A stretch of DNA of 64,000 bases from Prasinococcaceae sp. CCMP 1430 (Eukaryota; Plantae; Prasinodermophyta). The notes beneath the pieces are model-generated. The model saw only the letters and a list, made by a program, of their open reading frames with translations. It did no database searches and had not been told where the DNA came from. The first letter of the stretch is position 1. Each line of letters begins with the position of its first letter. Location of the stretch: positions 24,998-88,997 of the forward strand of contig RQSC01000630.1 of the NCBI GenBank assembly GCA_013416795.1, read 5' to 3'. The position numbers and the translations under genes are program-made. This document shows, piece after piece, positions 10,564 to 21,707 of this stretch.

Positions 10564-12199
10564 TTATTGGGGTTTCTCCCACTGCGTTGTGTTCGTGGAA
10601 ACGTTGTAGTAGTAGGTCGTCCCCGTTTTGGCATCCACGCCACTTTGCCACCCAGGTGGCAGGTCAGACGCGGCGGGTGCGACGGGTGCGGGCTGCGCGG
10701 CAGCGGGCTGCGCGGCAGCGGGCTGCGCGGCGGCGGGCTGCGCGGCAGCGGGCTGCGGGGCGGCAGGCTGCGAGGGGGCAGGCTGCTGCGGGAGCTGCTG
10801 CTGCGGGTAAGGCTGGCCCGGGTACGGATGGCCCGGGTACGGTGGACCAGGGTACGGCTGGCCAGGGTGCGGTGGGCCAGGGAACTGCTGCGGCGGGGGC
10901 TGGCCGTACGGCCCAGGCGGGCCGTAGCCGGGAGGGGGCTGGCCGTAGCCGTACGGCGGCGGTTGGCCGTACGGCGGGGGCTGGCCAAACGGCGGGGGCT
11001 GGCCATATGGCCCCAACGGCGCGCCCCCCGGTGGCGCGCCCTGAGCGATGGCGTGCGCTGCGCGGGCGTCTGGTGCGTTGACGACGTCTGTGACGAGCCT
11101 CTGCGCCTCTTTGATGCATGCCGCGTTGCCAGAGAGGGTAACGACCCGCTCCGTCGAACCCGGGGCAGTCTCCCTGTCCGGCTGCACCTGGATGCGCGCA
11201 CCGGACCTGTCCTGCAGCAGCTTGATGGTCTCGCCTCCCTTGCCGATGATGGTGCCCACTTTGCCGTTTGGTACCCTCATGACCAGCTCCTCGTCACCAG
11301 GATTGCGCTGCGCCGAGCGAGGCAGGCCGAGGCCGGGTCCACCGCCCGGGCCCGCCTGGTTGTTGATCTCTGCCATGATCATCCTCTCCGCAGCGGCGAC
11401 CGCTTTGTCTGATCCCGTCAGCTCGATGGGGCGCATCTCCACGCCAGTCTCGCTCCGCTCATTCTCCTCGTCCTTGCGGATCTGAATTCGACAGCCGGTG
11501 GTGTCCTGTAGCATGCGAATGACCTCACCGCCGCGCCCGATGACCTTGCCCACCGACGCGCTGGGCACCTTGATTACCTTCGTCGCGTTCGGATCGTCCA
11601 GGTACGTGGTGTACTCAGAGTCCGCGGCGAGCGGGCGCAGCGTCGTTGTGGCGAAGCCAGCGGCAGCGCCGCCCTGGCCCTGAATCGCAGCCAGCGTGCG
11701 CCTGTGCGCAGCGATGGTCTCGTTGCGGATGTCCTCGTCGAACAGCAAGTCCCGCACCTTGGCGACGCCTTCGCTGACGTTCAAGCCGCTGTCGGCCTCG
11801 ATCACGACGCACAGCGGCTCGCCCAGGCCGCCCTGGAGCGTCACCTTGCAGCCCGTCTCTGCCTCCAAATGCTTCTTGTGCATCTCGCGCGGACCAACGA
11901 GGAGGTCTGCGCAGCGGCCCGCGGGCAATCGCATGCGGCGGGGCGCGCATCGAGGTCAGCGCCCTAAACGTCAGCGCGGGCGGGCATGCGCGATCGCGTG
12001 GCGCGCGGCGCCGCGGACGCCCTCTGGCGCGCGCACACACAGGGGAATGCGGCGCGCGGGAGGGCGCGCGCGGGGGCGCGCACCTTCCCAGTCGACGCCC
12101 AGCACGTCCTCGGGCACGAGCAGCTTCTCCGTGCGCGGCCCGCTCGCGCGCGCGCGCTTCGCCGCCGTGCCTGTCGTCGTCGCACGGCGGGTCCGACAT
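10564..12199 (-). CDS. Three KH domains, a P/G/Y/Q-rich region and a C-terminal WW domain; intron ~12082-11907
   Basis: GKVIGRGGEVIR and GTIIGKGGETIK KH motifs, an SF1-like first KH (EKLLVPE...LLVGPRE), and WW LPPGWQ...YYYN...TQWEKP. The ATG at 12199 is out of frame with exon 1, implying an indel or another start. Confidence 0.85.
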
Positions 12200-12455
12200 G
12201 GCGCGCGCGCTCCCGCCGGCAGCCGCCCCGCCCGCCGCAGAGCGGGGAAGCGCGGGGGGCAGGGCGCGCCGTGTGGCGCCAACAACCAACGTGACCCCCG
12301 TACATGTACCAACACCTGCCCCGGCGAGCCCCCTGCTTTTTGACCTCCGTCCGCGAACGTCCGCCCCTCCCCACGCCGCGCGGAAAAGAACAATGCGGCA
12401 CACGCGCGCGAACATCGCTACCGAACCCTAAAATATGTATCCCCTAATGATTGCG

Positions 12456-12494
12456 TTGATTTTGATTTTGATTTTGATTTTGATTTTGATTTTT
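12456..12494 (+). repeat. (TTTTGA)n tandem repeat in an AT-rich intergenic island between divergent genes
   Basis: About 6 units read directly. Confidence 0.85.
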
Positions 12495-12679
12495 ACGCCG
12501 TTTTTGTGGCGAGGCGCGGCGACCGCATGCGGAGCATGAGCCCGCGCGCCCGGGGCGCCGTTCCCCGAAGTGGCACCCGCGGGGCGCGGCGCGGGCGGCA
12601 CAGCGCGCACGGCGCGAGCGCGCGGCGATCGCGCGCGGAGTGGGATCGGAGGGAGAACGCCGGCGCCGGCGCAGCCGCC

Positions 12680-15600
12680 ATGGTGCGTGGCGCGCCGCGC
12701 GCCGCGGGCGCGCGAGGGCGTTTCGAGCGAACGCAGACGAGCCAGAGGAGCGCGCGCGAGAGGACCCCCCGCCTCCCAGCCCCCTCCCTCCCCACCGCGC
12801 GCACGCGTCCCCCGCGTGCCGGGCCGATGTGCCGCACGCGGCGCATTCGAAGGCTGCTACAGGAATCGTTCTGCTCTCGAGCGCGCGCACTTCCCAGAAG
12901 GGGGCGGGGGGGGGGAGCAGGCGCGCGCGCGCGCGTCCGCGCGCACGAATTCGTGCGGGAGGCATACAAAGCGCGCGTCCTCCGACCGCCTTTCGCCGTG
13001 TCGCGCGTGCACGTGGAGCGCGCCCACGAGCGCCGTGCAACCGGGCCTCTCTCGTCGCAGCCCTTCGATTCTGACGCGGCATGCCCTCCCCGCCTGCTCC
13101 CCACCCACCAACCCACCAACCCACCAACCCACCAACCCACCAACCCACCAACCCACTCGCTCCCCCTGAATTCTCCTGAATTCCCTTCCTCTCCCAGAAG
13201 CTCGAGTGGTCGTTCGGCCTCGCGACGGCCGTTTCGGGCGGGGTCGCCGACCTGACACCCCTCGACGGATCGAGCTCGTCCATTGTGCACCTCGCGGGTC
13301 ACACGGCCATCGTGTACGACCCCGCAGCGCACTCGCAGCTCATGCTGCAGGGCCACTGCAACCCGATCACGTGCCTGTGCGTGTCGCTCGACAAGACGGT
13401 GATAGCGACGGCAGACGCGGGCGCCGAGAGCGTGGTTGTGCTCTGGGACGCGGCGTCGGGTGCGCCGCTTCGGACCATCGCGGCGCCTCACGACGGCGGC
13501 GTCGCCGCCATGGACCTCTCCACCGACGGCTCGCTGCTTGTTACGATGGCCGCGGCGCCCGCCGGCGGGAGCGACGCGGAGGATCCCACGCTCGATGGTT
13601 TCGAGCAGGGGGTGGCGCTGTGGCAGCTAGACGGTTCGCACGAGATGCCCGTGGCGAGCGCCAACCTTCCGCCGGGCGACTTGCAGTCTTGCGTGCGCTT
13701 TCGCGAGAGCTGTAGCAGTGCGACGCTGCTCGGCGGCGAAGGCTCGGGGACCGGCGGCGGCGAGGCCGGAACGGATGTGCCCGCCGGCGGCGCGTCGGAC
13801 GACTTCGAGTTCGTCAGCAACGGCCACTCAAGGGCCTGCTTCTGGAGCGCCGGCGGTGGCTCACGGCTGGCGCACACGTCGCCCGCAGCCTCGGCGCGCG
13901 ATTTCAAGCAGAGCATCGGCGCCTTCACGGTGAGCGCGTTCATGCCGCGCGACCCGACCGCGCGCGCAGTGACGGGCACGTCCGACGGCGACGTGGTGGT
14001 GTGGGAGCGCACGGGCGGCCATGACGCCGCAACGGGCGCACCGCGCCGCAAGGCCGTCAAGGTGGTGCAGCTGCACCAGAGCGCCATTATGTGCCTCGTG
14101 AGCTACGGTGACTACCTTGTGAGCGGCGGCGCAGACGGCTACGTGCGCTGGTTCGACGGTAAGTTTCGCCTCGAGGCGTGGTTCGAAGAGCTCGCCGCGG
14201 GCGGCGTGCACTCGATCTGCTTCGCGGCGGGCGGTGCGGACGCGGGCGACGGTGTCGACAATGAGGCGCCGCTGCCCGACTTCCTGGTGGGCACGGCCGA
14301 GGGCAAGGTTAAGCTAGTGCACGGCGACTCTTTCGAGGACCCCACGGTCGACGAGGAGCGCTCCGGCGAGCTCCTGCTGGCAGGGGTCAGCAGCGGCGCC
14401 GTCTACGCGCTCGCAGCGAGCCCCTCAGCGGACGAGTTCGCCGTCGCGGGGGCTGCTGTCGGCCTCGAGGTTTGGGACTACGTTAAGCGGTGCTCACTGG
14501 CGCAGCGCGGCTTTAAAAGCGGCGCCGCCGCGGTCGCGCTCACGTATGCCGCCGACGGCACCTCCATTGCCGCGGGGTTTCGCTCGGGCCACGTCGCCCT
14601 GTACGACTCGCGCTCGCTTGACGAACTGTGGGCGCTGCGATTCGGCGTGTCTCCCATCGTGGAGCTTGTCTTCCGTCCCGATGGCGCGGTCCTCGCGGTC
14701 GCCGACGCCGCGCGCACGGTGGGAGCGCTGCGCCGCGGCAGCGAGCCGCCGCCCGGGACTGACGACGGCGACGAGCCCGAATGGGAGGTCGCGGGCAAGC
14801 ATCGCGCCCACACTGGCGCGATCACCGGACTGGCGTTCGCCTCGTGCGGGGAGACCGAGGGCGCGGCGCACCGGCTTTTCTCAGTGGGGGAGGACGGCGC
14901 CCTCGCCGAATATGACGTGAACGGCGCGCGCGAGGACATTGGGCTCCCCTTGGCGCGCCGCCGCCAGGTGTCGCGCGGCGCCAGCCCCACTGGGCTCGTG
15001 GTCCTCGAGCCGCGGGCAGCGGCGTTCAGGGGCCGCGACGACTCGTCGGGGGTGGGCAGTGCCGGTGCGTCCGAGGCGTCGGGCCTGCTGCTGGTGGCCG
15101 ATTCGGAATACAAGCTACGCTCATACTCGATGGCCACCCTCGAGTGCGTAGGGACGGTGCTCGCGCCCACCTACGCGGGCCCCGTCAACAGGCTGCTGCC
15201 GCTGGGTGAGGGCCACCTCGTGTACGGCACTCTGGAACGAGTGGTGGGTCTGTTGCAGCTGCCTCTGACGGGCGATCCCAACGCAGCTATGGGGCTCATA
15301 GCCCACCCGGGTGAGGTGGCGGCGCTCGCGCTGAACCGGGATGGCAGCCGGCTGCTCACAGCAGGCGCAACGGACGGTGTGATCAACCAGTGGCGCGTCG
15401 ACACGAGCTCCTTCGAGGCCGCAGTCGCCGAGGGCACGGGCGACGACGCGCGCTGCGCTGCGCTGATCGAGGGCGGGAAGGAAGGCGCCTTTTACTCGGA
15501 GATCGTCGACTACTTCTACTACTCGCAAATTCGCGAGCAGGGCGAGGCCACGCGGCAGGAGCGACGCGTCGAGCAGTGCGTGGACGCAGAGCAGTTGCCT

Positions 15601-16095
15601 GACCTCATGCGCGCACTGGGCTATTATCCCTCGCAGGCCGACGTGGAGGACATCGCCAACGAGCTCAAAGCCAAAGGCGTCATTGGCCACGAGGCCGGCG
15701 GTGGCAGCACGGCACAGATCCGTGTGGAGGGGGGTGCTGAGGGTGGTCACGAGAGCGGCAACCGCGGCGGCGAGGCCGACGGTGATGGCAACGTCACCAC
15801 CAGCAGTGGCAAGGTGCCTTTCCAGGAGTTTCTGAACTTGTATACAAATTATCGACCGGTCTTTGGAGTGACCAAGGAACACATCGAGACCGCGTTCGCG
15901 GAGCTCACCAGCGGGCATGGGGCAATCTCCACGGCGGACCTACTAAAGCTGCTTACGTCGATGGGCGACATGATGTCCCCCCAAGAGCTCGAAAGCTGCC
16001 TGGTAGGCCTCATGGGGGAGGATGGCGTCCGGCAGCTGCCCGAGACGGTCGACGCACATGCCTTCGCCGAGACTTGGCTCGGGTTCGAGGCGTGA
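12680..16095 (+). CDS. CFAP251: CFAP251/WDR66 (WD40 plus degenerate EF-hand C-terminus); candidate ATG-only exon 12680-12682, intron 12683-13197
   Basis: LEWSFG...GHTAIVYD...LQGHCNPITCLCVSLDK...ATADAG N-terminus; LIAHPGEV; FYSEIVDYFYYSQIREQG...LMRALGYYPS C-terminus. Confidence 0.9.
13103..13156 (+). repeat. (ACCCACCA)n intronic tandem repeat
   Basis: About 6 units read directly. Confidence 0.85.
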
Positions 16096-16486
16096 GCGTG
16101 CCACGCGCACGCGCAGACGCACGCCACGCAAACTGTAATGCATACGCACAAGACATCCCAGGGGCGGAGAGGCTCGTAGTCTGCGGCGCGCACGCGCTAC
16201 GGCAGGGCAGCGCCCGCGAGGCGCGCGGCGGCACGCAGCTCGGCGAGCTCGCTCGGCCGTAGAATCAACAATTAACCCTAGTACCGGATCCAACCCTAAC
16301 AATACATACCCAAACCGCGGCTGATACAAATTGAAAAGTGGGCAACGCTGCAGAGCGGCCGCTGCGCTGCTGCACGCTGTGCACGTGCACGTGCACATCC
16401 ACAGCGCGTGCGGCGGGCGCAGCGGGCGCGGCGGGCGGCGGCATTGCTGCCGCCGCTGCCCCCTCTCCCCTCCCTTACCGGGCGCG

Positions 16487-17161
16487 ATGAGCGACAGCGA
16501 CGACGACTGGCTGGACGAGCCCGCGCCTCCACCCCCGCCACCGAGCGCGCGCGCGCGCGCCGTGCCACCGCCGGCGGCAGTGGCCGCGCCAACACCCGCG
16601 CCCGGCCCCGCACCCGCATCCTCTGCTCTGGACCAGGGGGCGGCCAGGGTCACTCGGACGGACACGCACCCGCCTGAGACCCAGACGAGTGGCTCACCGC
16701 CGGCGGCGGGTGGGAAAGGGCAGCCGGGTCCGCCGCGCCAGCCGCAGCCGCAGCAGCAGCAGCAGCAGCAGTCGCAGGAGTCGCAGCAGTCGCAGCAGCT
16801 GCAGCAGTCGCAGCAGCCGCAGCAGCCGCAGCTGCAGGCGTCGCTCCCGCCGACGCGCCGACAAGAAATCGAGCTCGAGCTCGCGGGCGCCAAGGCGCTG
16901 GCCTGCACACAGGGTGCGCTACGCGCGCTCATGGCGCGCGCCGCGGACCGTTCGCTTGCCGCCGACGGTGCCCGCGCCTCAGCGCTCGCAGCGGCTGAGG
17001 CGCACGCGCTCGCGCTCGCCGACGTGCACCGCGCGCTCGACGAGGCGGCAGCCGCGGCGGCAGCAAGCCGAGGGGCATCGGAGGCCTCGCGCCGCGAGGC
17101 AGACGCGGCGGCTCAGGCGGCTGCTGAAGAGCGCGCAGCGCAGGCCGCGGACCGCACGCGC
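16487..17161 (+). CDS. Pro/Gln-rich and coiled-coil protein, 5' portion; possibly the N-terminal half of the golgin-84-like gene at 19445-20004
   Basis: MSDSDDDWLDEPAPPPPP...polyQ...EIELEL...AAEERAAQAA. Coding character stops where the antisense TMEM107 exon begins. Confidence 0.5.
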
Positions 17162-17765
17162 CAGTGCGCCGCCAGGTACAGCGCGGTGAGCACGAAGCCG
17201 AAGAAGTGCAGCAGCGTGGAGAGCGCGTTGATCTTGGGCAGGAACAGCGACACGCCCGCAAACACGCCGACGAGCTCAACCGCAAAAAGCGCGAGAGACG
17301 CGCCCACTATGGACTCCAGCCAGTCCTCGTCGTCGCTCAGCTGCGCGGCGGTCGACGTCGCAGGCTCTGCGCGCACAACCTTCATCGGCGCACAACCAGC
17401 GACGTGCGCGGCTGTCAGCACAGCACGGAGGCCGCCGGGGCGCGTCTGTCGTAGTGCGCTGGCGCACGCGGCGTGCGCGGCACCTCCAAGCGAGGGTCGC
17501 GGAAACGATGCGACACTGCTCACGGCTGGCGAGCGCTGCCGCGCGTGCTGCCGCGCTTCGACGCCACTCTGCGCGCACGAAGGGGCATGCGCGGGAGCAC
17601 GCGCCGGCTCGCGCGGGCGCGGACGGCCGCGCGCGCGCGCATGCAGCAGCACTTGGCGCGACGCACCGTGCCGGCGAGATCGTAGGCCGCCGTCATGACG
17701 AGCACGAGGTGCGCGACGACCGTCAGAAAGCGCGCTGGCAGGAGGATCTCCTCGCGGGACGGCAT
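17113..17765 (-). CDS. TMEM107: TMEM107 (ciliary transition zone), two exons visible, last TM helix missing
   Basis: LPARFLTVVAHLVLV resembles VPSRFLTLLAHLV, and LFAVELVGVFAGVSLF...STLLHFFG resembles LFAVELAGFLSGVSMF...SIGAHCSA. Donor GTGCGT at 17666. Homology ends at AAHW. Confidence 0.8.
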
Positions 17766-17961
17766 GATTGCCACTGGGCGGGCGGCGCGCGGACGCGCGT
17801 TCAGGGCGGGGCGCAGGAGGGGGGAAGAATGCGAGGGGAACGGGGCAGCTCGCCGGCCGCACGCGCTTGAGCGCTTGAGCGCTTGGGCGCGGGGGTCGCC
17901 GCCTCGCGCCCGCAACGCGCGCGTCGCGCCGCCCCCGCTGTGGCGTCGCCGCGGCCCACTC

Positions 17962-18604
17962 NNNNNNNNNNNNNNNNNNNNNNNNNNNNNNNNNNNNNNN
18001 NNNNNNNNNNNNNNNNNNNNNNNNNNNNNNNNNNNNNNNNNNNNNNNNNNNNNNNNNNNNNNNNNNNNNNNNNNNNNNNNNNNNNNNNNNNNNNNNNNNN
18101 NNNNNNNNNNNNNNNNNNNNNNNNNNNNNNNNNNNNNNNNNNNNNNNNNNNNNNNNNNNNNNNNNNNNNNNNNNNNNNNNNNNNNNNNNNNNNNNNNNNN
18201 NNNNNNNNNNNNNNNNNNNNNNNNNNNNNNNNNNNNNNNNNNNNNNNNNNNNNNNNNNNNNNNNNNNNNNNNNNNNNNNNNNNNNNNNNNNNNNNNNNNN
18301 NNNNNNNNNNNNNNNNNNNNNNNNNNNNNNNNNNNNNNNNNNNNNNNNNNNNNNNNNNNNNNNNNNNNNNNNNNNNNNNNNNNNNNNNNNNNNNNNNNNN
18401 NNNNNNNNNNNNNNNNNNNNNNNNNNNNNNNNNNNNNNNNNNNNNNNNNNNNNNNNNNNNNNNNNNNNNNNNNNNNNNNNNNNNNNNNNNNNNNNNNNNN
18501 NNNNNNNNNNNNNNNNNNNNNNNNNNNNNNNNNNNNNNNNNNNNNNNNNNNNNNNNNNNNNNNNNNNNNNNNNNNNNNNNNNNNNNNNNNNNNNNNNNNN
18601 NNNN
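17962..18604. other. Assembly gap (N run)
   Basis: Continuous Ns. Confidence 1.
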
Positions 18605-18621
18605 CTGAATTGGCAGATTAC

Positions 18622-18939
18622 GCAGCGCGCGGGCGCGCCGCCGCCAACCTCGACGGCGAGCTCGTGCTCGCGCCCGGCACCGTCCTCGAGGCACACGGAC
18701 AGCGCGCAGCGCGGGCCGAGCGAGCGCACGCCCCGCAGGCGGTGCCAGCCCGCACACCGCAGCTCGGCGCACGTCGAGCGCAGCGCGGAGGCGGAAGCGC
18801 GCGCGCCGACCCCGGAAGCGGAGCCGGGCGCGCTGAGAACGTGAGCGTGAGCGTGTGTTGTGTATTGAGGGCAAACCCCGACCCCGCCAGGCGACGCCAG
18901 AGCGAGAATGTGGGCGTCAGGGTGCAATCGTGCGCATGA

Positions 18940-18974
<35 letters not shown>

Positions 18975-19227
18975 TGTGCGCGCGCGGTGTGCGCGCGTGC
19001 GTAAATGCGCGTGCGTGCGTGTGCATGCGCGCGCTCTCCTACCTCGGTGCGCCGCCGAGCTCTCTGGCGGCCGCGGCGAGCGCCGCGTCGACCTCTGCGA
19101 GGAAGTCGCGCACCGTGCGGCACGCCGCGCGCGCGGCGGCGAGCTGTGAGCGCGCGCGCGCGCTGCTGGCGAGCAGATCGTCGACGACGCCCTCACCGCC
19201 CACCTGGTGTATGTGCGCGCGCTCGCG

Positions 19228-19265
<38 letters not shown>

Positions 19266-19444
19266 CGCGCGTGCGTGCGTGCATTCGTGACAGCAAGCGT
19301 CAGAGCTCGCACGTGCGTGTGTTCATGCTCGTATGTGCATGTGTGCATGTGCGCATGTGTGCATGCGTCTGTGCGCGTGCGCGCTCACGCACCTCGGCGT
19401 GCGCCGCGGGGCGCTCCGCGCGCGGCTCGAGGCCGCCCAGCACG
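18622..19444 (-). CDS. FANCL: FANCL (Fanconi anaemia E3 ligase) fragment: exons ~19444-19393, 19203-19043, 18832-18622; no start codon found and the RING is presumably in or beyond the gap
   Basis: ELRCAGWHRL...LEDGAGREHEL resembles IGTLGWDKL...AEDASGREHLI, and VRDFLAEVDAALAAA resembles LMSFMMELKMLLEVA. The GT-AG junctions are phase-consistent. Confidence 0.7.
18942..18972 (+). repeat. (CT)n microsatellite in a FANCL intron
   Basis: Direct reading. Confidence 0.9.
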
Positions 19445-20004
19445 GCACGCGCACCAGCGGCGGGAGGGCGGCCCCCATCCTCGGGGCTGATGAGGTTGGG
19501 GGCTCCTCCATGGAGCAGACGAAGTCGCACTGGGAGCGCTCGCTCGAGGAGAAGGCCTCTGGGCTGGCTGACGCGCTGCTTGCCGCGCAGGCGCGCGCCG
19601 AGGCCGCCGCGTCGGACCGGAAGGCGCTGGCGCTACGGCTGGATGCCGCGATGAGGCAGGAAGAACGCCAGCAGCAGGAGAGACGGCAGCAGCAGCAGCT
19701 GCAGCAGCACGGCAGGCGCCGCGGACTGCAGCAGCGCGGGCCATGGGACGTCGAGGCGGCTGCCGCTGCTTCTGCCGGTTGCGGCGCCGGCGCTTCGCGG
19801 GGCGCGACGTCGAGGGCCGCGAGCGCCGCCGTGCGCGCGGGCTGGCTACCGAAGGGTGCGCTGCCCGCCGCTGGCCTCGTCGACGAGGTCAGCGTCGTGG
19901 GCTCGCGCATGCTTCGGCGCCACGGGCCGCTGCGGTGGGGTGTGTACGGCTACTTCCTCCTGCTGCACGTGTGGTTCTTCGTGGTATGGCGCGACTGGGG
20001 ATAG
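19445..20004 (+). CDS. Golgin-84 (GOLGA5)-like C-terminal portion: coiled coil plus C-terminal TM anchor
   Basis: LEEKASGLADALLAAQARAEAAASDRKALALRLD resembles the LE.RL..LTE.LIQKQ..LE.L..EK..L coil. VDEVSVVGSRMLRRHGPLRWGVYGYFLLLHVWFFVV resembles LRRYP.AR...Y...LHLW. Confidence 0.7.
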
Positions 20005-20189
20005 GCGCGCGGACGAGGCGCGCGCAATTCGCGGACCAGTCTGGGTGTGCTCAGGCGGCGGCGCTGTGGCGCTTGGGTGCTCGCGCTGCCAGTAGCAGAG
20101 CGCTACTGTATGTTGAATAATGTATATGAGAGCAGGTCTCTACCACGACCCGTGATCGTCTTACCGCGTGGCGCCCGCGCAGACTGGTC

Positions 20190-21368
20190 TCACTCATCGT
20201 CCTCGACGGCGTCCACGCCGTACGTTCGCTTGGAGATGCCCGCGTACTCGCCGCCCATGAGCTCCATGCACTCGCGCCACAGAGGCACCGGCAACGACAA
20301 ACACTGCTTGAGCACCACCGGCCGGCTGGCGCTTGCAGCGTACCACGCGCCGGCGGCCACCTCGCGCTCAAGCTCTCCCGGGCCCCACATCTGCATCCCC
20401 GCGAAGAAGCGCACACGCGACGGCCGCAGCTCGCCCGGCTGGACCCCGGCGGAGAGGCAACAGGCGCGCGCGTGCACGCGGGGTCAGGCATGTGTGTGTG
20501 CGTGTGTGTATAGAGGGGTGCGGCGGGCGTCAGTTCGCTGGCCGCAGGCACCGACCGGGTGAGCAGCCGCTCCGCTTTTCGCAAAAGCGCGGCGGCGCGC
20601 ACGCGCGCGGCAACGCACCGGCTGCGCGAAGAGCCACTCCATGCCGCCTGTGAAAACCCCGGGGAAGACCTCGCGGGCCCCTTCCGCCTCGCCGCACGGG
20701 TGCACCACACTGACGCCCTGCTGGGCGAGCGCACCGCCGTAGTAGACGCACTGCGACGCGAAGCCTGCCAGGCCGCCCGACGAGCCCGCAGCACCGACGC
20801 CCTCCTCGGGCTCCCACACCTGCTCCATGCCCCAGCCGGCGGGCGGGCCGAGCTCGCCCACAGAGTAGCGCGTGGGACGGTTGAGCACCACCGCGGCGCT
20901 GCCCTCAGGCCCGTGCTGGAGCACAAGCAGCACCGCCTGCCAGAGCTGCGGGGGCACGCCTTCGCCTGTCTCGCCGGCCAACAGCAGGCAGCCCTCCTCA
21001 GGGCGGGGCAGCGGGAAGCAAAAAAAGTCCTCTTCCGCGAGAGCTGGATCCTGCATGGCCAGCAGCTGCATGTTGGCGCGGCTCGTGCGCGAGCGCCAGC
21101 CCGCACCTCCCGCCTCGCCCTCAGACGAGGACACGAGCTTGGCCCGGAATGCGCGCCAGTCGCCCAGCGGAGCTTCTTCTCCTCCTTTGTCTTCACCTCC
21201 AGCGGCATCCGAGTCCTCTGTCTCCCCCTCGCCGGCAGGACCGGGCGTCTCTGCGGAGCACCTGCGCGTCACGCGGCGGGTGCGGCACGCGCGCATTGGG
21301 CGGTGGGAGGTGCCGAAAGAGGCGCCGAGGGGCGCGGCGCGACGCGCCGGCGCGGTCGCCGCTGCCAT
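20190..21368 (-). CDS. DUF179/AlgH (UPF0301/YqgE)-like protein with a transit-peptide-like N-terminus; intron ~20598-20450
   Basis: DWRAFRAKL, EGCLLLA, AVLLVLQHGPEGSAAVVLNRP, VYYGG, RFFAGMQMWGPGELEREV, PLWRECMELMGG. Confidence 0.85.
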
Positions 21369-21462
21369 GGCAGGCCCCGGCATTCGGCGCGTTGGGTTGC
21401 GCGGTAAGGATGGGCGGGCGGGGGGGGGGGAGGGGGGGGGAGGANCGCCGATTTGCATGCAG

Positions 21463-21683
21463 ATGCGGCGCTCCTGATGTACTTGATGCAGATTCTGCGC
21501 TACGGTGGCACCCTTCTGAAGGTCACCGTGCTGCTGGTCATGGAGCTGGGTCTCTTTCCGCTCATGTGTGGATGGTGGGTTGATTTTTGTACGCTTCCCT
21601 TGCTGGGCGCAACGCTCGCCGAGAGGTTCGAGTTCTGGTCATCATCCCCGGTCACGTCTACAAACGTGCACTGGCTCGTGGGG
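21463..21683 (+). CDS. DOA10: Isolated fragment of a DOA10/MARCH6/SUD1 ER E3 ligase (TD-domain region)
   Basis: LKVTVLLVMELGLFPLMCGWWVDFCTL...SPVTSTNVHWLVG closely matches MARCH6/SUD1 KV..L.V.E.GVFPL.CGWWLD.C...HWLVG. No other part of the gene is in the window. Confidence 0.75.
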
Positions 21684-21707
21684 CGACCCACTCGCGGCGC
21701 GCCGTGC

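Noticed and set aside
12140-12199. Frame mismatch in the KH-WW first exon as programmed frameshifting
   Set aside because: There is no slippery site, it lies in (GC)n/(GAC)n runs, and similar slips occur elsewhere, so a consensus indel is more likely.
12456-13156. Short tandem arrays as CRISPR or iteron candidates
   Set aside because: The units are 6-8 bp with no unique spacers, there are no cas or rep genes, and the context is eukaryotic.
19509-19512. Second overlapping-ATG (CATG) junction
   Set aside because: The minus-strand ATG is out of frame with the FANCL exons, and the plus-strand Met is probably internal to the golgin.
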